DNA of 64,000 nt from Lama guanicoe. Lineage: Eukaryota. A program made the translations under genes and the position numbers. Positions 1-12,860 of the stretch are shown here, one piece after another; positions within the stretch are counted from its first letter, which is position 1; each line of letters opens with the position of its first letter. The notes beneath the pieces were generated by a model. It did no database searches. It was not told where the DNA came from and was given only the letters and a program-made list of their open reading frames with translations. Location of the stretch: assembly GCA_013239625.1 (NCBI GenBank), contig MU054187.1, positions 24,244,433 to 24,308,432 of the forward strand, read 5' to 3'.

Positions 1-1219
1 CAATATGGTGGGTTAATTTTGAATCTCGACCTAGCCCATCCAGAGGCCTTGGATGGTTATTTTGCATTAGATATTTATCTTCCTTTACATACCTCTACTG
101 AATACACGAATATTGGAAAGCAATGCACAGTTTTTGCTTAAAAAACTGTCCTTCATTATTTCATGTAACTAGAATTTATAAACAAGCATGTCAGGGTAAT
201 CACCAATCAAAATCAATGAGTACTCTTTCTCAAGGTGCCTGTCCTCCATTAGTTTTCCTATATCTGTAGAAAAAAATACTTCTTGTGAAAGAAAAAACAT
301 AAAGGGCAAAAGGTATACTTCTTACATAAAAATTAAATTTTTAAAGTTATTTCCAGCATACCCATTTTCACCCTATAGAAGTTTCTGTACTTTGTTGAAC
401 TTAATTTTATAGGTAAAATGAATTGTTAGTTCAGAGATGCAAAGTCGGGACAATGGGATGGCACAAAGTGTTAAGTTTGAGTTTTATTAGTCTGATTTAG
501 TTTCTGTTGGAAAATAATTTGCCACATTTTCTAACTTGCATTTCAGAAGTTTTTCAATGTATCTAAATATGAGTTGATTTTAAATATTATATATTTAAAG
601 TCTATAAACAACTTGTCTCTTTCTACTCCTCCCATCAAATGTAAACTTTCCCACAGTTTTTCATGCTGGCCACATACTGAGCAAAGTGCCTTTTTGCTAC
701 ATTGGAATCACCCTGTCATAAGCTTAGAAATGAATTAGTATCAAGATGGTTTTTCATCTTTGAAAAATGAACTGTGATTCTTTTCATAAAAAATAAATCG
801 AGTATTATTTATTATACTTGACAAGCTACTCAGAAAGCTAGGCAACATTTGGTGATGTCCCCAGATAAAGATTTAGGTAACGTTCTTTAAATATGAGTCC
901 CCAGTGAGCTCTTAGGACTTGGCTCTGTTTGTAATAGTTTTACCTCTGTTTTTGAAAAACAGTAAAAACTGAATCTGTTCATTAAAAAGCTGTCAGCCAA
1001 TTGAAATAGTTGTTGACTAAATTCTACATTTTTTCTTAGTACTTAGGCACATTAAATAGGTTGCAAAAATGAAACAACAAGCTCAGTGTATTTTTAAATC
1101 AACAAAAAATATGTAAGATTTTAAAATATTGTCTTTAAAACTCAAAGATCATTTTTTTTAAATAATAATTAAATAAAACATTCAAGTATTTGTTGTTTCT
1201 CAACAGGAAATATCACTTT

Positions 1220-3032
1220 TTACATTGAAGTATAGTTGATTTAAAGTATTAGTTTTAGGTGTACAACATAGTGATTCAGTATTTTCACAGATTTTACTCC
1301 ATTAAAAGTTATTACAAGACACTGGCTGTAATTCTCTGTGTGCTGTACAATATGCCTTGTTGCTTGTCTATCTTGTACATAGTAGTTTGTATCTTTTAAT
1401 CCCATATCCCTGTTTTGGCCCTTTCCCCTTTCTTCTCCCAAATAGTAACAACTAGTTTGTCTTCTATATCTGTGAGTCTGTTACTCTTTTGTTTTGCATT
1501 TTAAAAAAATTTTTAGATCCCATATATAAGTGATATCATACATTATTTGTGTGTGACATTTTGCTAAGAATAATATTCTCTAGATCTGTCCATATAAGGC
1601 AGAATTTAATTCTTTTAATGGCTGAGTAATGCATCGTGTGTGTGTGTATAAAATTCTTTTTTATCCATTTATCTGCTGATGGACGTCTGTTGCTTTCATA
1701 TCTTGGCTATTATAAATACCGCAGTCATGATCATTGGGATGCTTGTATCTTCTTAACTTACTATTTTTGTACTTTCTGGATATATATCCATGAGTGGAAT
1801 TGCTGGATCATTTGGTAGCTCTGTTTTTAATTTCTTAAGGAACCTCCATGCTGTTTTCCATAATGACTGCACCAATTTACATTCCCACAACAGTATACTA
1901 GGGCTCCCTTTTCTCCACATCCTCGCTAACCTGTATTATTTATAGACTTTTTGATAATTGCCATTAGACTGCTGTGTGGTTATATCTCATTGTTTCTATA
2001 TGCATTTCTCTAATAATTAGTGATGTTGAGCATCTTTTCAAGTGTCTATTAGCCATCTCAATGTCTTTTTTGGAAAAAAATGTATGGTCAGGTCTTCTGC
2101 TCATTTTTTTGATTGAGTTCTTTGGGGTTTTTGGTCATTGAATGGTATAAGCTGTCTATATATTTTGCAGATTAACCCCTAATTGGTCATATTATTTGCA
2201 AATATTTTCTCCCATTCAGCAGGTCTTCGTTATATTTCATTGATGATTTTCTTTGCTGTGCAGAGGCATTTAAATTTAATTTTGTCCTCTTTCTTTATTT
2301 TTCCTTTTATTTCTTTTGTCTTAGGGAATAGGTTAAAAAAATATTGCTATGATTTATGTCACAGAGCGTTTTGCCTATATTTTCTTCTAGGAGTGTTGTT
2401 GCTTCAGGTGTTACATTTAGGTATTTAATACACTTTGAGTTAATTTTTTTGTACAGTGTGAGGAAATTTTTTACTCTTCTTCTTTTATGTGTAGTGGTTG
2501 AGTCTTCCTGACACCACTTACTGAAGAGACTGTATTTTCCCCAATGTCTCTTTCCTTCTTTGTCATAAAGTAATTGACCATAAGAGCACTGGTTTATTTT
2601 GGGGCTCTCTATTCTGCTCCATTGTTCTATGTGTCTCTTTGCATGCAAGTACCATACTGTTTTGATCCTGTAGCTTTGTAGTATAATCTGAAGTCTAGAA
2701 GGGCTCATCCCCCATGTATGGGACCTGATGACTGAGTTACACAATCTGTGGCTCTCACTGTTCACTCCCCTGACTGGGTCTCCACCTGTGCATTCTCCTT
2801 GTTCCTCTGAGTCCTATTCCAGAGACACAGGTCCCAACCCAGTAGCTTTTTCTTCCCTTCTTATCCAATTACCTGTGTATCTCTCTTACACTCTTGATTG
2901 TACAGGAATCCTTCTACCAGTTTCCTAGTAACTTTCAGACAGAATTGTTCCACAGGTTAATGTGTTTTTGCTGTGTTTGTGAGGGGAAGTGAGCTCCACA
3001 TCCTGTCTCTCTGCCATCTTGATCAATCTTCT
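1220..3032 (-). mobile_element. Internally deleted LINE-1: ~330 bp of 5'UTR fused to ~1.5 kb of ORF2 C-terminus and 3'UTR, with TSD
   Basis: Minus-strand L1 3' end from 1220. ORF2-like peptide LQIILQSYRIKTVWY...IEQWSRIESP...QL ends near 2700. L1 start motif (revcomp gatcaagatggcag) at ~3011-3024. TSD caggaaatatcacttt (1204-1219) vs caggcaatatcacttt (3033-3048). Confidence 0.9.
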
Positions 3033-5139
3033 CAGGCAATATCACTTTAAAACTGATGGATAAAAAATAATTAACTGCCTTTTTAAAATTATTATCATCA
3101 ATTAAAAGTTCACATTCTTATAAGCAGTAACACTGATATGAAAAAATTCTAGCCATGAATACATCTGGTTTTATATTACAGAAGACCATCCAGTGAAGCT
3201 TATGCTCTGTCTCTCCAAATACATTGTTTAAATGAATTTCATCCATAAGTGAGAACTACCAAATATCTAGACATTGTCAGGGAAGGACAGAGAGATGGAA
3301 ATACCCAAGGTATTTAAATAGGGGAAACAATCTTGTTTTTCTTTGAAATGATGTACTGTTTGAGATATACCAAGAGCTATTGTGCGTGTACATGGGATAG
3401 AGGCATTACCTACATCTTACCACAGGATTTAGGAAAGTTTTAAGGGTAAAATGGAATTTTAAAGAAGAAAGATAGGAGGTTTTGAATGAGACAAAGGTAT
3501 GGATAGGAGTACCACTTATTTAGCAGGGAAAAAAAAAGGTCAAATGCATGAGGCTGACTTATTTATTGCTTTATTTTTGTGTATTGAAGGCCACAGACTA
3601 TAAGACAGATTGCTTCTCCTGCTAAACCAAAACAACCTTAAAAATGTTTCCAACATACAGGCAAGCTTTTAGAATAACAGACAAAATGGAGCAAATTTAT
3701 ATTTATTTTACAAGGCCAAGGTTTTAATGCACCAAGTGGAAAATAAATCTAAGGGGAAGGGGAACATGCAAACTACCCCAGGGAGAAGACAGTCAAATCA
3801 TACATATGTGGTAATTGGATCTGGTTGGTGAAATGCTTTGAGTTTGAAAAGTGCTATGTATTTTTTTATGCTATGTAAGTGTTGACTGGAGCTAGAGACC
3901 AAATTAACTTTTCCAGAAGTTTGTCTTCTTACCACTCAAACTAAATCTGCAACTGTGGCTGGGAAAATTATTAAGCATACTCAAATGCTTTGTTCTCTAT
4001 GCATGCCAGTTAGTAAGCTGAAGCATTTTGTAAACCTACCTGGAATGCCATATATGATATGAAGTGCTGGTTATGACTACTAAAGAACAAAAAGTACCCT
4101 TATTCCTCAGAATCCTCTGTATTAGAAACTTCTGCAGAACCTACAAATTTCTATACTGGACCCATACTCTTTAACCTCTAGGAAGATTCTTTAAGTCAGG
4201 ATCATGTCTAGAACAAATGAGCATTTCCTAGATAAAATCACTTAAACAGAAAAAAAAAAGAAAAAGAAAGAAAGAAAAACATGTTTGATGATTGTGGAAT
4301 GAATGAACAAACAAATTAATTTTCTGGCCCAAGTTGTGTTTACATGGCTTAAAGCATAGTGATGAGAAAGATATGTATTAATCAGTAAAAGCAGTACTCT
4401 TCCTTTCATTCCGCCCTAGTGGCAATAAAAAATACTGAGATCAAGATGGCCTTTAGACTACTTGTCAGAAATATATCTCAGCTTTAAATCATATCTTTCA
4501 AATATTCAGAATAGTAAGAGTCCACATCCTGGCTAAGAATGATGGAGATTTTTTGAAAAATATTCTTTGAAAACTAAGCTAAGGTTTCAGTGGGTGGCTC
4601 TATTTTAAATAAATAAGGAAATTCAGGCTTAGGGGATACATTTATGTTTCTAGATTCTTGACACCTGAGTGAAGAATCCAAAATATTCCTTATTACCTTA
4701 TGAAGCCATCCTGACATCAATAGCGCTACACTTAAAAAATGTTAAATTAATTGGAGAGAAGATATATACAAACTATACATGGAAGATCACGTAGCAGTGA
4801 AATATAAAGCAACAGAAGAGAGAGAGCACAGAGGCAGGAAAAGTTTAATCAAGGAAGCAGAACTGGAGGAAGACGTTGAAAAATCAGCAAGATTTGGGTG
4901 AGCTAGGGTAAGAATGAGTATATTCCACATAAATAAAACAGTCTTAAAAAAATGATTTCTTGCATTTTCTTTACTCATCTTGCTTCCCATATTTTCTTTA
5001 GTCTCATTCTAGAAAATGAATCTTTTTTCAGCATGCCCTGATTCAATGCCCCATCCATGTAAAGAAACCATCCCATTTCTTTTGACATCCATTCATTCTA
5101 AGAAGCATCAGAAGAGTTTTCAAATTGTGCTTTAAGCTG

Positions 5140-5290
5140 ATATTTCAAAGCTAAACAGGACCTCAGGGGTAATACAGTTCAATCTCTTTATTTTACAAAA
5201 GAAAGAAAGATCTAAAAATCAGAGGTGACTATTCCCAAGTCAACTCAATCTAGAACACAGGTGTTCTAAAATCCATTCTAGTGGACATAT
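5140..5290 (-). mobile_element. MIR SINE fragment
   Basis: Degenerate MIR core: ctctttattttacaaaa...agaggtgactattcccaagtc...tagaacacaggt. Confidence 0.55.
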
Positions 5291-5504
5291 ATAATGCTGA
5301 CTATTTAGAATTCAGGGCTTATTGTTTCCAAGATCAAAGAAAACTTCTGTTGGCTTACAACTTTCTCTTCTCTTACAAATGATCATTGATATTACACTCT
5401 GACACAAGTAGCAATATCATGATTATATGGTGCACACCAATTCCTTGTAATCGTTCCTCTCCTAGACTCTGGTATTCTGTCCTTAGTATTCAAGAATGAA
5501 ATTT

Positions 5505-8450
5505 GGGGGAGGAGGTGCCAAGAAGGTGGAGTAGAGAGACTCACAGCTCACCCTGTCCCACAGATACACCAAGAATTACATCTACAAACCCACTGAATCA
5601 TGCAGAACACCTACTGAACTCTGGTAGAGTGTCTCTCACTTTGAAATACAGGAGGATTCTCACAAAATATGGTGAGAGAAAAAAAGGAAAAAAGGAAAAG
5701 AAAATCGGTGTGGGACTGGTCCTGTGGAGAGGGAGGGGCAAAGAACAAAGGGCACCCTCATGCTGGGACACCCCCTCTCCAGCCGAGAGGTCAGTGGGGA
5801 CAGAAGAAGAGATTCCAAAGCTCAGAGAAGGAAGTGGCAGCCACTTGGCAGACAAAGGGAAACTGGCATGGAGGGTCCCCGCAATCCCCAGCCCTAGACA
5901 TGAGCTGTCAGGGACAAGCCAGGAGATAGGTGATGAGCACGGGCTGGGTCCCACTGCACAGAGGCAGCTTCAGGGAACTAGAGGGCAGTGTGAGCTCTGG
6001 CTGGGGATGTGTGCAGAACAGAACTGCCTGGGACCCCCATAAAAAACCATCACTGCAGGTGTGTGTGGAGGAGATAGGCACAACATAGCCACACCATAGC
6101 TGCTGTCTCCTCTTGGCTCCATTGTTGGAGTGTTCTTATGAGAAGAGAGGTGGGGCTTGGCCATAGCCATCTCTCCTGCAGGGAGAGTGGTCTCAAAGCT
6201 GAATTCATATGTAGGGGCCTGCAACTTCACAGGCAGGATGGAGATCTGTTTAAAGGACCATAGACCCAGAGAAATATAAGTAAAATGAAGATGCAGAGAG
6301 TGTGGATTTGCTCCACTGGTTTCTTTGTGAACCTGCCCCTCTGGCACAAATAGGCAGTGAGCAGGGTCTGGGGCATGGTGGGGGCAAGTATGGGTATTTA
6401 CAACAGGCAAGCAAACCGTATGGGATGTGGAGGTGGGGGGCTTGGGTCTGAGTTGACCCTGTGACCACTATGGATTCAGGTATGAGACTGCACACTTGCT
6501 ACAGTGGGTCCCAGTGCCTAACATTGGTGGTCACAGCTGGTGGTTCATGGGGCCCAGAACCTGGGGAACACCAAAGCAGGTGGCTGACATTTCTGCAGCT
6601 AAGGCAGGGACAAAGGCAGTGACAACAAAGAATACTTTGTAAGCCAGCATAACAAGTGACAGAAAACATCACAGAGGGCACCTCCCAGTGGACATCTCCA
6701 GCGGAGGTATGTTCAGTGCCTCTTCCTCCAAGCTGAAGTGCTCCAACCTTGCCTACCACACACCACAGCTCAGAAATGAGCTAGAAGCTTCTATTCCAGC
6801 AAAAGGAGAGCAGACTCGGTGCCTCTCAAGGCTGAGACAACCACAGAACAAAAAGGAGGCCTCACTCGACAATAAACTCAGGGCAGGCTCTGATGACCAC
6901 AACACCAACCACACCACAATCGAAGGAATAACAGCCAACACACATGGAAGAAAGACATGGCAGCCGTCCATGCTGTGAACAGTCCTCACAACAAAACTGT
7001 TAAGACACACAAAGTCTGCACAAGAATGCTCCCAATTTAAGTTAAAAAAAATCACAGTAGATAACTGACACTCCTAAATCCACAGAGCCAGAGAAATACA
7101 AGTAAAATGAATTTGCAGAGGAACCATGCCCAAATAAAAGAACAAGAGAAGTCCCCTGAAAGAACAAACAATGAGACAGACCTCAACAGTCTCCTAGATC
7201 ATGACTTCAAAAAGGGGGTGATAAAAACACTGAAGGAAATAAGAGAGTCTATGAATAGAGACAGAGACTACTATAAAAAGGAAATAAAAATTATAAAGAG
7301 GAGCCAGTTAAAAATGGGAAACTCAATGGCTGAGATAAGAGCTGAGCTAAAGGCAGTCAAAAGCAGAATAGATAATGCAGAAGAATAAGTGATTAGAAGA
7401 CAGGATAACAAAACTCACCCAATCAGAACAGCAGACAGATAAGCAAGTAAAAATTAATGAAAGCAATATAAGGGACCTATGTAATAATACAAAGCACGCC
7501 AACCTATGCACAACAGGGGTCCCAGAAGGAGAAGAAAGAGAAAAGGGGATTGAAAAAATATTTGAAGAAATCATGATGGAAAACTTTCCATACCTAAAGA
7601 AGGAATCAACTATCCAAGTACAGGAAGCACAGAGGGTCTCAAATTTGAAAAGATATGTGCACCTCTGTGTTCATCACAGCCTTATTTACAACAGCCAAGA
7701 TATAGAAGCAATCTAAGTGTCAACTGATGGATGAATGAATAATGAAAATGTGGTTTGTATATGCCATGGAATATATTCACCCATAAAAAAGAATGATACA
7801 GGATACAAGATTAACACACAAAAACCAGTTTCATTTCTTTACACTAACAATGAAATATCAAAAAAGGAAAGCAAAGAAATAATCCCTTTTAAAATTGTAG
7901 CAAAAATACTTATGAATAAATATGATCAAGGAAGTGAAAAACTTAAACACAGAGAACTACAAAACATTGACTAAGGAAATTAAAGAGGACTTAAAGAAAT
8001 GGTAAGATAACCCATGTTATTGTATTGGAAAAATTAATGTTTTTAAAATGGCCATACTACCCAAAGGAATCTACAGATTTAATATGATCCCTATCAAATT
8101 ACTTAGGACAGTTTTCACAGAATTAGAACAAATAATCCTGAATTTTATATGGAATCACAAAAGACCCAGAATTGCCAAATTGATATTGAATGAAAAGAAT
8201 GAAGCTGGAGGAATAACCCTCCCAGACTTCAGACAAGACTGCAGAGCTACTGTAACCCAAACAGCATGGTATTGGTACAAAAACAGACATATGGACCAAT
8301 GGAACAGAACAAAGAGCCTAGAAGTAAACCCACAACCTTTTGGTCAATTAATCTTCAACAAAGGAGGCAAGAGCATACAATGGAGTCAGTCTCTTCAGTA
8401 AATGTTGGGAAAACTGGACAGCTGCATGTAAATCAATGAAGTTAGAACAC
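5505..8450 (+). mobile_element. Rearranged LINE-1: full 5'UTR, ORF1 N-half, ORF2 C-terminal piece, ORF2 middle piece; no poly(A)
   Basis: Starts gggggaggaggtgccaagaaggtggagtag, then a GC-richer 5'UTR. ORF1 at 7107 is homologous to ORF1 at 43011. ORF2 pieces GYKINTQKPVSFLYTNNE and [17 protein letters not shown]...GITLPDF...[14 protein letters not shown]. Confidence 0.9.
7107..7641 (+). pseudogene. L1 ORF1p remnant (coiled-coil and start of RRM region), premature stop
   Basis: MNLQRNHAQIKEQEKSPE... matches MKQQRNHSQMKEQEKSLE... at 43011. Stop at 7388. Continues with ggggtcccagaaggagaagaaagag (GVPEGEER). Confidence 0.85.
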
Positions 8451-9721
8451 TTTATTAACATGTTTGATTATTCAGTGCCAGTAGTTCTAACTCTTGGTAT
8501 CATGTGACAGATTATATTACTTTTCTAAAATTCCAAGATATTTGAATTTCAAAACTCATGTGGCTACAAAGCACTTGGATATATATTAATATTTTTAATT
8601 AATATAGTGCTGTATGGTTTTTAAATAATTTTTACACATATGATTCTCTATAGTCTTGAAAATATTAAAATGTATATACATTCTCAGGTTAAGAAATAGA
8701 GAATCAGGGGACTTCAGTGGTCTTGCAGGGTTACAAAGCCAGTAATAGCCAGACTTTGAATCCATTACTGAATGAAAGTCCAATCACTTGGTTTAATTTA
8801 TGGGGTGCCTTCTACCATGTGCTAGGGTTTTCTCCACTTTCTTAAGCCTGACTCATTATCTTAATTTGTTTATTTAGTACTTGAGGAATAAAGCTCTTCA
8901 TGGAGTTTAAGGAAAAATGTCTAACTTTGGCAAACATCAGCAATGATTTTAAATCTTAATTTAAATATCCTAAATGGAGCTGATCCGGTTGCCAGTTTGT
9001 TATGCAAGTGTTGATTTTCATGTATTGTCTAACACTCAAGCAATCTGACTACCTATTGAAACCTCTTCTTTACAAATATTTCTGATGTTTTTAGCTAGCA
9101 CGTCTTAAACTGAATATTAAAAAGCAATCGTTTTCCAATTCTGAAATGAGTATGTGATTAATTTTAGGAAAGTTTTGTGTAGCCTGTCTTTGTAACTGTA
9201 TTTTAAGTTAGTACCATGTTTCGACCTAAGATAGACATTGCATTTTAAATATGAAAGTTTATTTTATTGGATCCTGTAAAGTTGTTCTTTGCTTTTAATG
9301 GAAACTATACCACTCAGGCTAGAAATTTTTGTGTGATGGTCAAAAAGGGAAATATTGCAATCTAAGCACTGAGGTGATCAATTCACTAAAGACGGCAGGA
9401 CATTCCTCCAGAATGAGAGTTGCTCCCACTCCTGTGCCACAAGTGTGTGAAGCCCTGCTGCCTCTCAGCTAGCCTCTGCATCATCATCACAGAATTCCTG
9501 AGGCACACGTGTCCTTGGAGAGCACTAACCATAATAGTCGTATGAACAAGGCCCAGAGAAGCTACGTGTCTTACAATTGGTCACACAAACAAGTTAACGA
9601 GAAGCAGCATTTGAATAACACAAAAACAGCCAAGCTAAGGACTTTCTGAAATAAAAGCAATTATATTTCAGCTCAAACTACTCACTGGAGTCGAGGTAGG
9701 GAGAGGCACCAAGAATGTTCT

Positions 9722-10135
9722 TTCCTTTTTTAATTTTCAGGTTTTTTTTTTTAAGTGAAGTATAATGTTGTGTTAATTTCTGGTGTACAGCACAGTGATT
9801 CAATTATACACATATAAATATCCTTTCCACATTCTCTTTTATTATAGGCATTTACAAGGTATTGAATATAGTTCCCTGTGCTGTACATTAGGACACTGCT
9901 GTTTATCTATTTTATATATAGTAGTTCATATACGCAAATCCCAAACTTCCAATTTATCACTCTACCCGCCCTCCTTTCCCCCTTGCTAACCACAATTTGT
10001 TTTTTATGTCTGTGAGTCTGTTTCTGTTTTGTCTCACCTGAATATTGTCATGCTAAGTGAAATAAGTCAGAAAGAGAAAGAAAAATGCCTTATGATACCA
10101 TTTATATGTGGAATCAAAAAAAGAAGAAAAAGAGA
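9722..10135 (-). mobile_element. Short L1 3' end with 5' inversion (twin priming)
   Basis: Poly-T and antisense L1 3'UTR at 9722-10030. The sense-oriented upstream L1 segment (atgctaagtgaaataagtcag...atgtggaatc) follows at ~10037-10120. Confidence 0.85.
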
Positions 10136-10733
10136 GACTAAGAATAGGTTTTTAGCAGGGTAATTTGAGGATTTGAAAGGACAAAAATAAGAAAAATGTC
10201 CCTACTCATCTTTTTTTTTTTTTTGCTTCCTTCCTAAGAGAAGCAAGTCAAAATATAAAGCATATGGAGAAACTGAAAATTAAAATGGTGTCATTGTTAG
10301 TAAGCTAGCTGTCTCAAGTAATACACAAATGAAGGAAAGTATATTTTAAATGGATGGTGTTTAGAAGAAACAACCAAAGTTGCAAAGTAGGAAATATAAA
10401 CAGTGAGCCCCTGTATAATTCCACCACAAATCTGGTTTTTTTTAGCTTCGTATATATCCCACAAAATTTAATCTGAATACCTTCGGAAGGGAAAATTCTC
10501 TCTTTCTTTAATCTCCATTACTCTGTAATATTTTATATTTATCTGCTATTTAGTAACCTATTTGCTTATTTTATCTACTTATATATACCTACATGCACAT
10601 GTCTGCTCCCCAAAGGATTTGAGTTTATGTTCCCTTAGTATAGTTGGCACAAAGAACTTGAAAGTGAATGGAGAGTTTAATGAAAATAGTATTTCAAGAT
10701 ATATTAGGGTCTTAAAAGATGTATGTGTGATAG

Positions 10734-11304
10734 TGTTAGGCAGTTAGATAGAAATGAGCACTGGGCAGGGGGAGAGGTGGTGGGGGAGCAACCCAGAAAA
10801 TAACAGTACGACTGCACTCAGCATAAGGGGATCAAAAAGCTTTCTCTAAATGAAGGCCAGCAAAGAAGCTGGTTATGATCCAATGCTGCAGCCACACAAC
10901 AAAGGTAAGGGCCCAGCTTAACCTGACCCAGTGCTCATTACAATGTAATTAACACTACAGTTTGAGCCCCCTCTGGCGGGTTTCTCTGTGTGCTTCATGG
11001 GTAAGAACCTGCCCAAAAGGGGATGGGCATGCCTGAGCACAAGGAACCTGAGCCATGAATCAAAATAATCAGGAAAACGCTTTAAGCCAGGATATAAAAA
11101 CAGGGAAAACAAAGGAGCAGGGCCATTTTTCCTCTCTTGGATTGGCCCGCTCCCAACTCTTGGGAGTGCACTATATTTTACTGCCTTTTTACTTTACTAA
11201 TAAAATCTGGTTTATGTCACACTTCCTGTTTGTCATTAAAAATTCTTTATTTTGGGGGCTGACTAAGAAACAAGGTAATTCTTAGTTCCCTTTTCCTGGT
11301 AACA
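10734..11304 (+). mobile_element. ERV1-class solo LTR (571 bp)
   Basis: TGTTA...TAACA termini. Exact 4-bp TSD ATAG (10730-10733, 11305-11308). TATAAAA at ~11093, AATAAA at 11199-11204. No PBS downstream. Confidence 0.9.
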
Positions 11305-11452
11305 ATAGGAAAGCCTTGAAAATATACGCTTGCCTATGGCAGGCAATACACAGTGATAGTCAAGCAAAAAGAGCACATGGGAATCAAAATAGAGACAAAT
11401 AAACAAATGGGCCTCCCAGAATAAGGAGAAGTCTCATTGGGCAACCTCCTTA

Positions 11453-11938
11453 TGTAATAGAGGAGAACAGATCTGACTATACTGGATCTGTTCCTTTAGC
11501 TTTAACCACTGTGCCCTGTTTTCTAGGCTCAGTCTTGCCAGCTCTGCACCTTTTGTGAAACAGTGTTGCCTTTACCCTGAAATAGACAGGAGAGCCTATT
11601 CTGGGGGCTCTGACCTTTAAAGATGTAGCACTTCTGCACTTATGTAGAGATGGCAAGTTGCAAAATAGAGAATAACCTTTGTTTTGTTGAAGGTTTACAG
11701 GGACACCATGGCCTGACCCACATGGACAGCTGCAAGAACAAAGAATTCCTGCAGCAAGAAGTTTGCAACAACCAACCACACCCCCGTCCCTGTTTTTTTT
11801 TTGTGTGTGTGTGTGTGTAAAAGGAGCCTGTATTCTGGCTGGAGCAGGATGGTTCTCCAAGACATTAGTCTGCCATCCTCTCAGTCTGCCAGCTTTCCAA
11901 ATAAAGTCGCTATTCCTTGCCCCAACACCTCATCTCCC
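11453..11938 (+). mobile_element. ERV1-class solo LTR, 3'-truncated, same family as 34156-34685
   Basis: Colinear with 34156-34630 (shared ggacagctgcaagaacaa and aataaagtcgctattccttgccccaacacctc). Lacks the final ~50 bp and the CA terminus. Confidence 0.9.
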
Positions 11939-12659
11939 TAAAATGATGCATGTCAAAATGTGTGATGTGCCTCTTAATTGGGACTTCAAAAATTATAGTC
12001 TTAAGTATTTATATTAGAATATGACAAAGATCCAAATTTAAATTAAGAATCCAACTTGAGAATTTTGAAAATAGATGATACAATAAATGCAAAGTAAAGA
12101 AAAATATGATAAATATTAATGAAATATTTTACTAGCCACATGAAATATAGAATTTTTGTGTCATTCTGATGAATGGGAATTGATATCAACATAGAACACA
12201 TACAGCTTTGGAGATACATATCCAGAGTTTAATTTACTTTCATTTATTGTGATTACTAATACATGCGAATTCCATCAGCCATTCTCACTTTGTCCTTTCT
12301 TTCCTTAGTGCCTTCCTTTGGAGTTTGTATATTTTTGCATCATTCTAATTTTCCTTGGCACTATTTTATATGTACTCTATTCCTACTCTTTTAAAGTTTG
12401 CTCCCCAGTTTAATATGCATAATTAATATGTTTATTTAACTTAATGACAAAATTTAGTCAACACATTTATTCTCCTTCTGAATGAAACATGGATTTTAAA
12501 CAATTTATGTCACTTTATCTTTGAATTTGTCATTTCTGTTCAGTGTTTGTACCATTTTTACCCCTACAAATCGGGCATTTCTCTCCTTGTACCTTTTGTA
12601 CATATGTACAGACGTACAGCTTATGTTTAGATTTACAAACAGGCTTGCCATCCTTTAAC

Positions 12660-12860
12660 AAGTATCTGGTTAACAAGTGTCCACTTTTCTGCCTAGTGTC
12701 TGGTCGTATGTTCATCCCAGAGCTGGGAAGAGCCTCACACAACTCACATACACTAAGATATGGGCAGGGATGTTTCTCCAAAAAGAAAAATCATCTGGAT
12801 GCTGAGACAAGAAAAGAGGAGAATGGATTCTGGGCAGGCAGATGTCCACCGCAGATGCCC
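12660..12860 (-). mobile_element. Old MaLR (MLT1J/K/L-like) LTR fragment
   Basis: Terminal motif gagaatggattctgggcaggcagatgtccacc resembles old MLT1 ends. Boundaries approximate. Confidence 0.45.

Noticed and set aside
5503..7055. Cluster of 80-180 aa ORFs on both strands
   Set aside because: They lie in the GC-richer L1 5'UTR, where stops are rarer, and resemble no protein I recognise.
9500..9570. CACGTG and TACGTG pair as a hypoxia element
   Set aside because: The second site falls in a decayed MIR core. Two sites alone are weak evidence.
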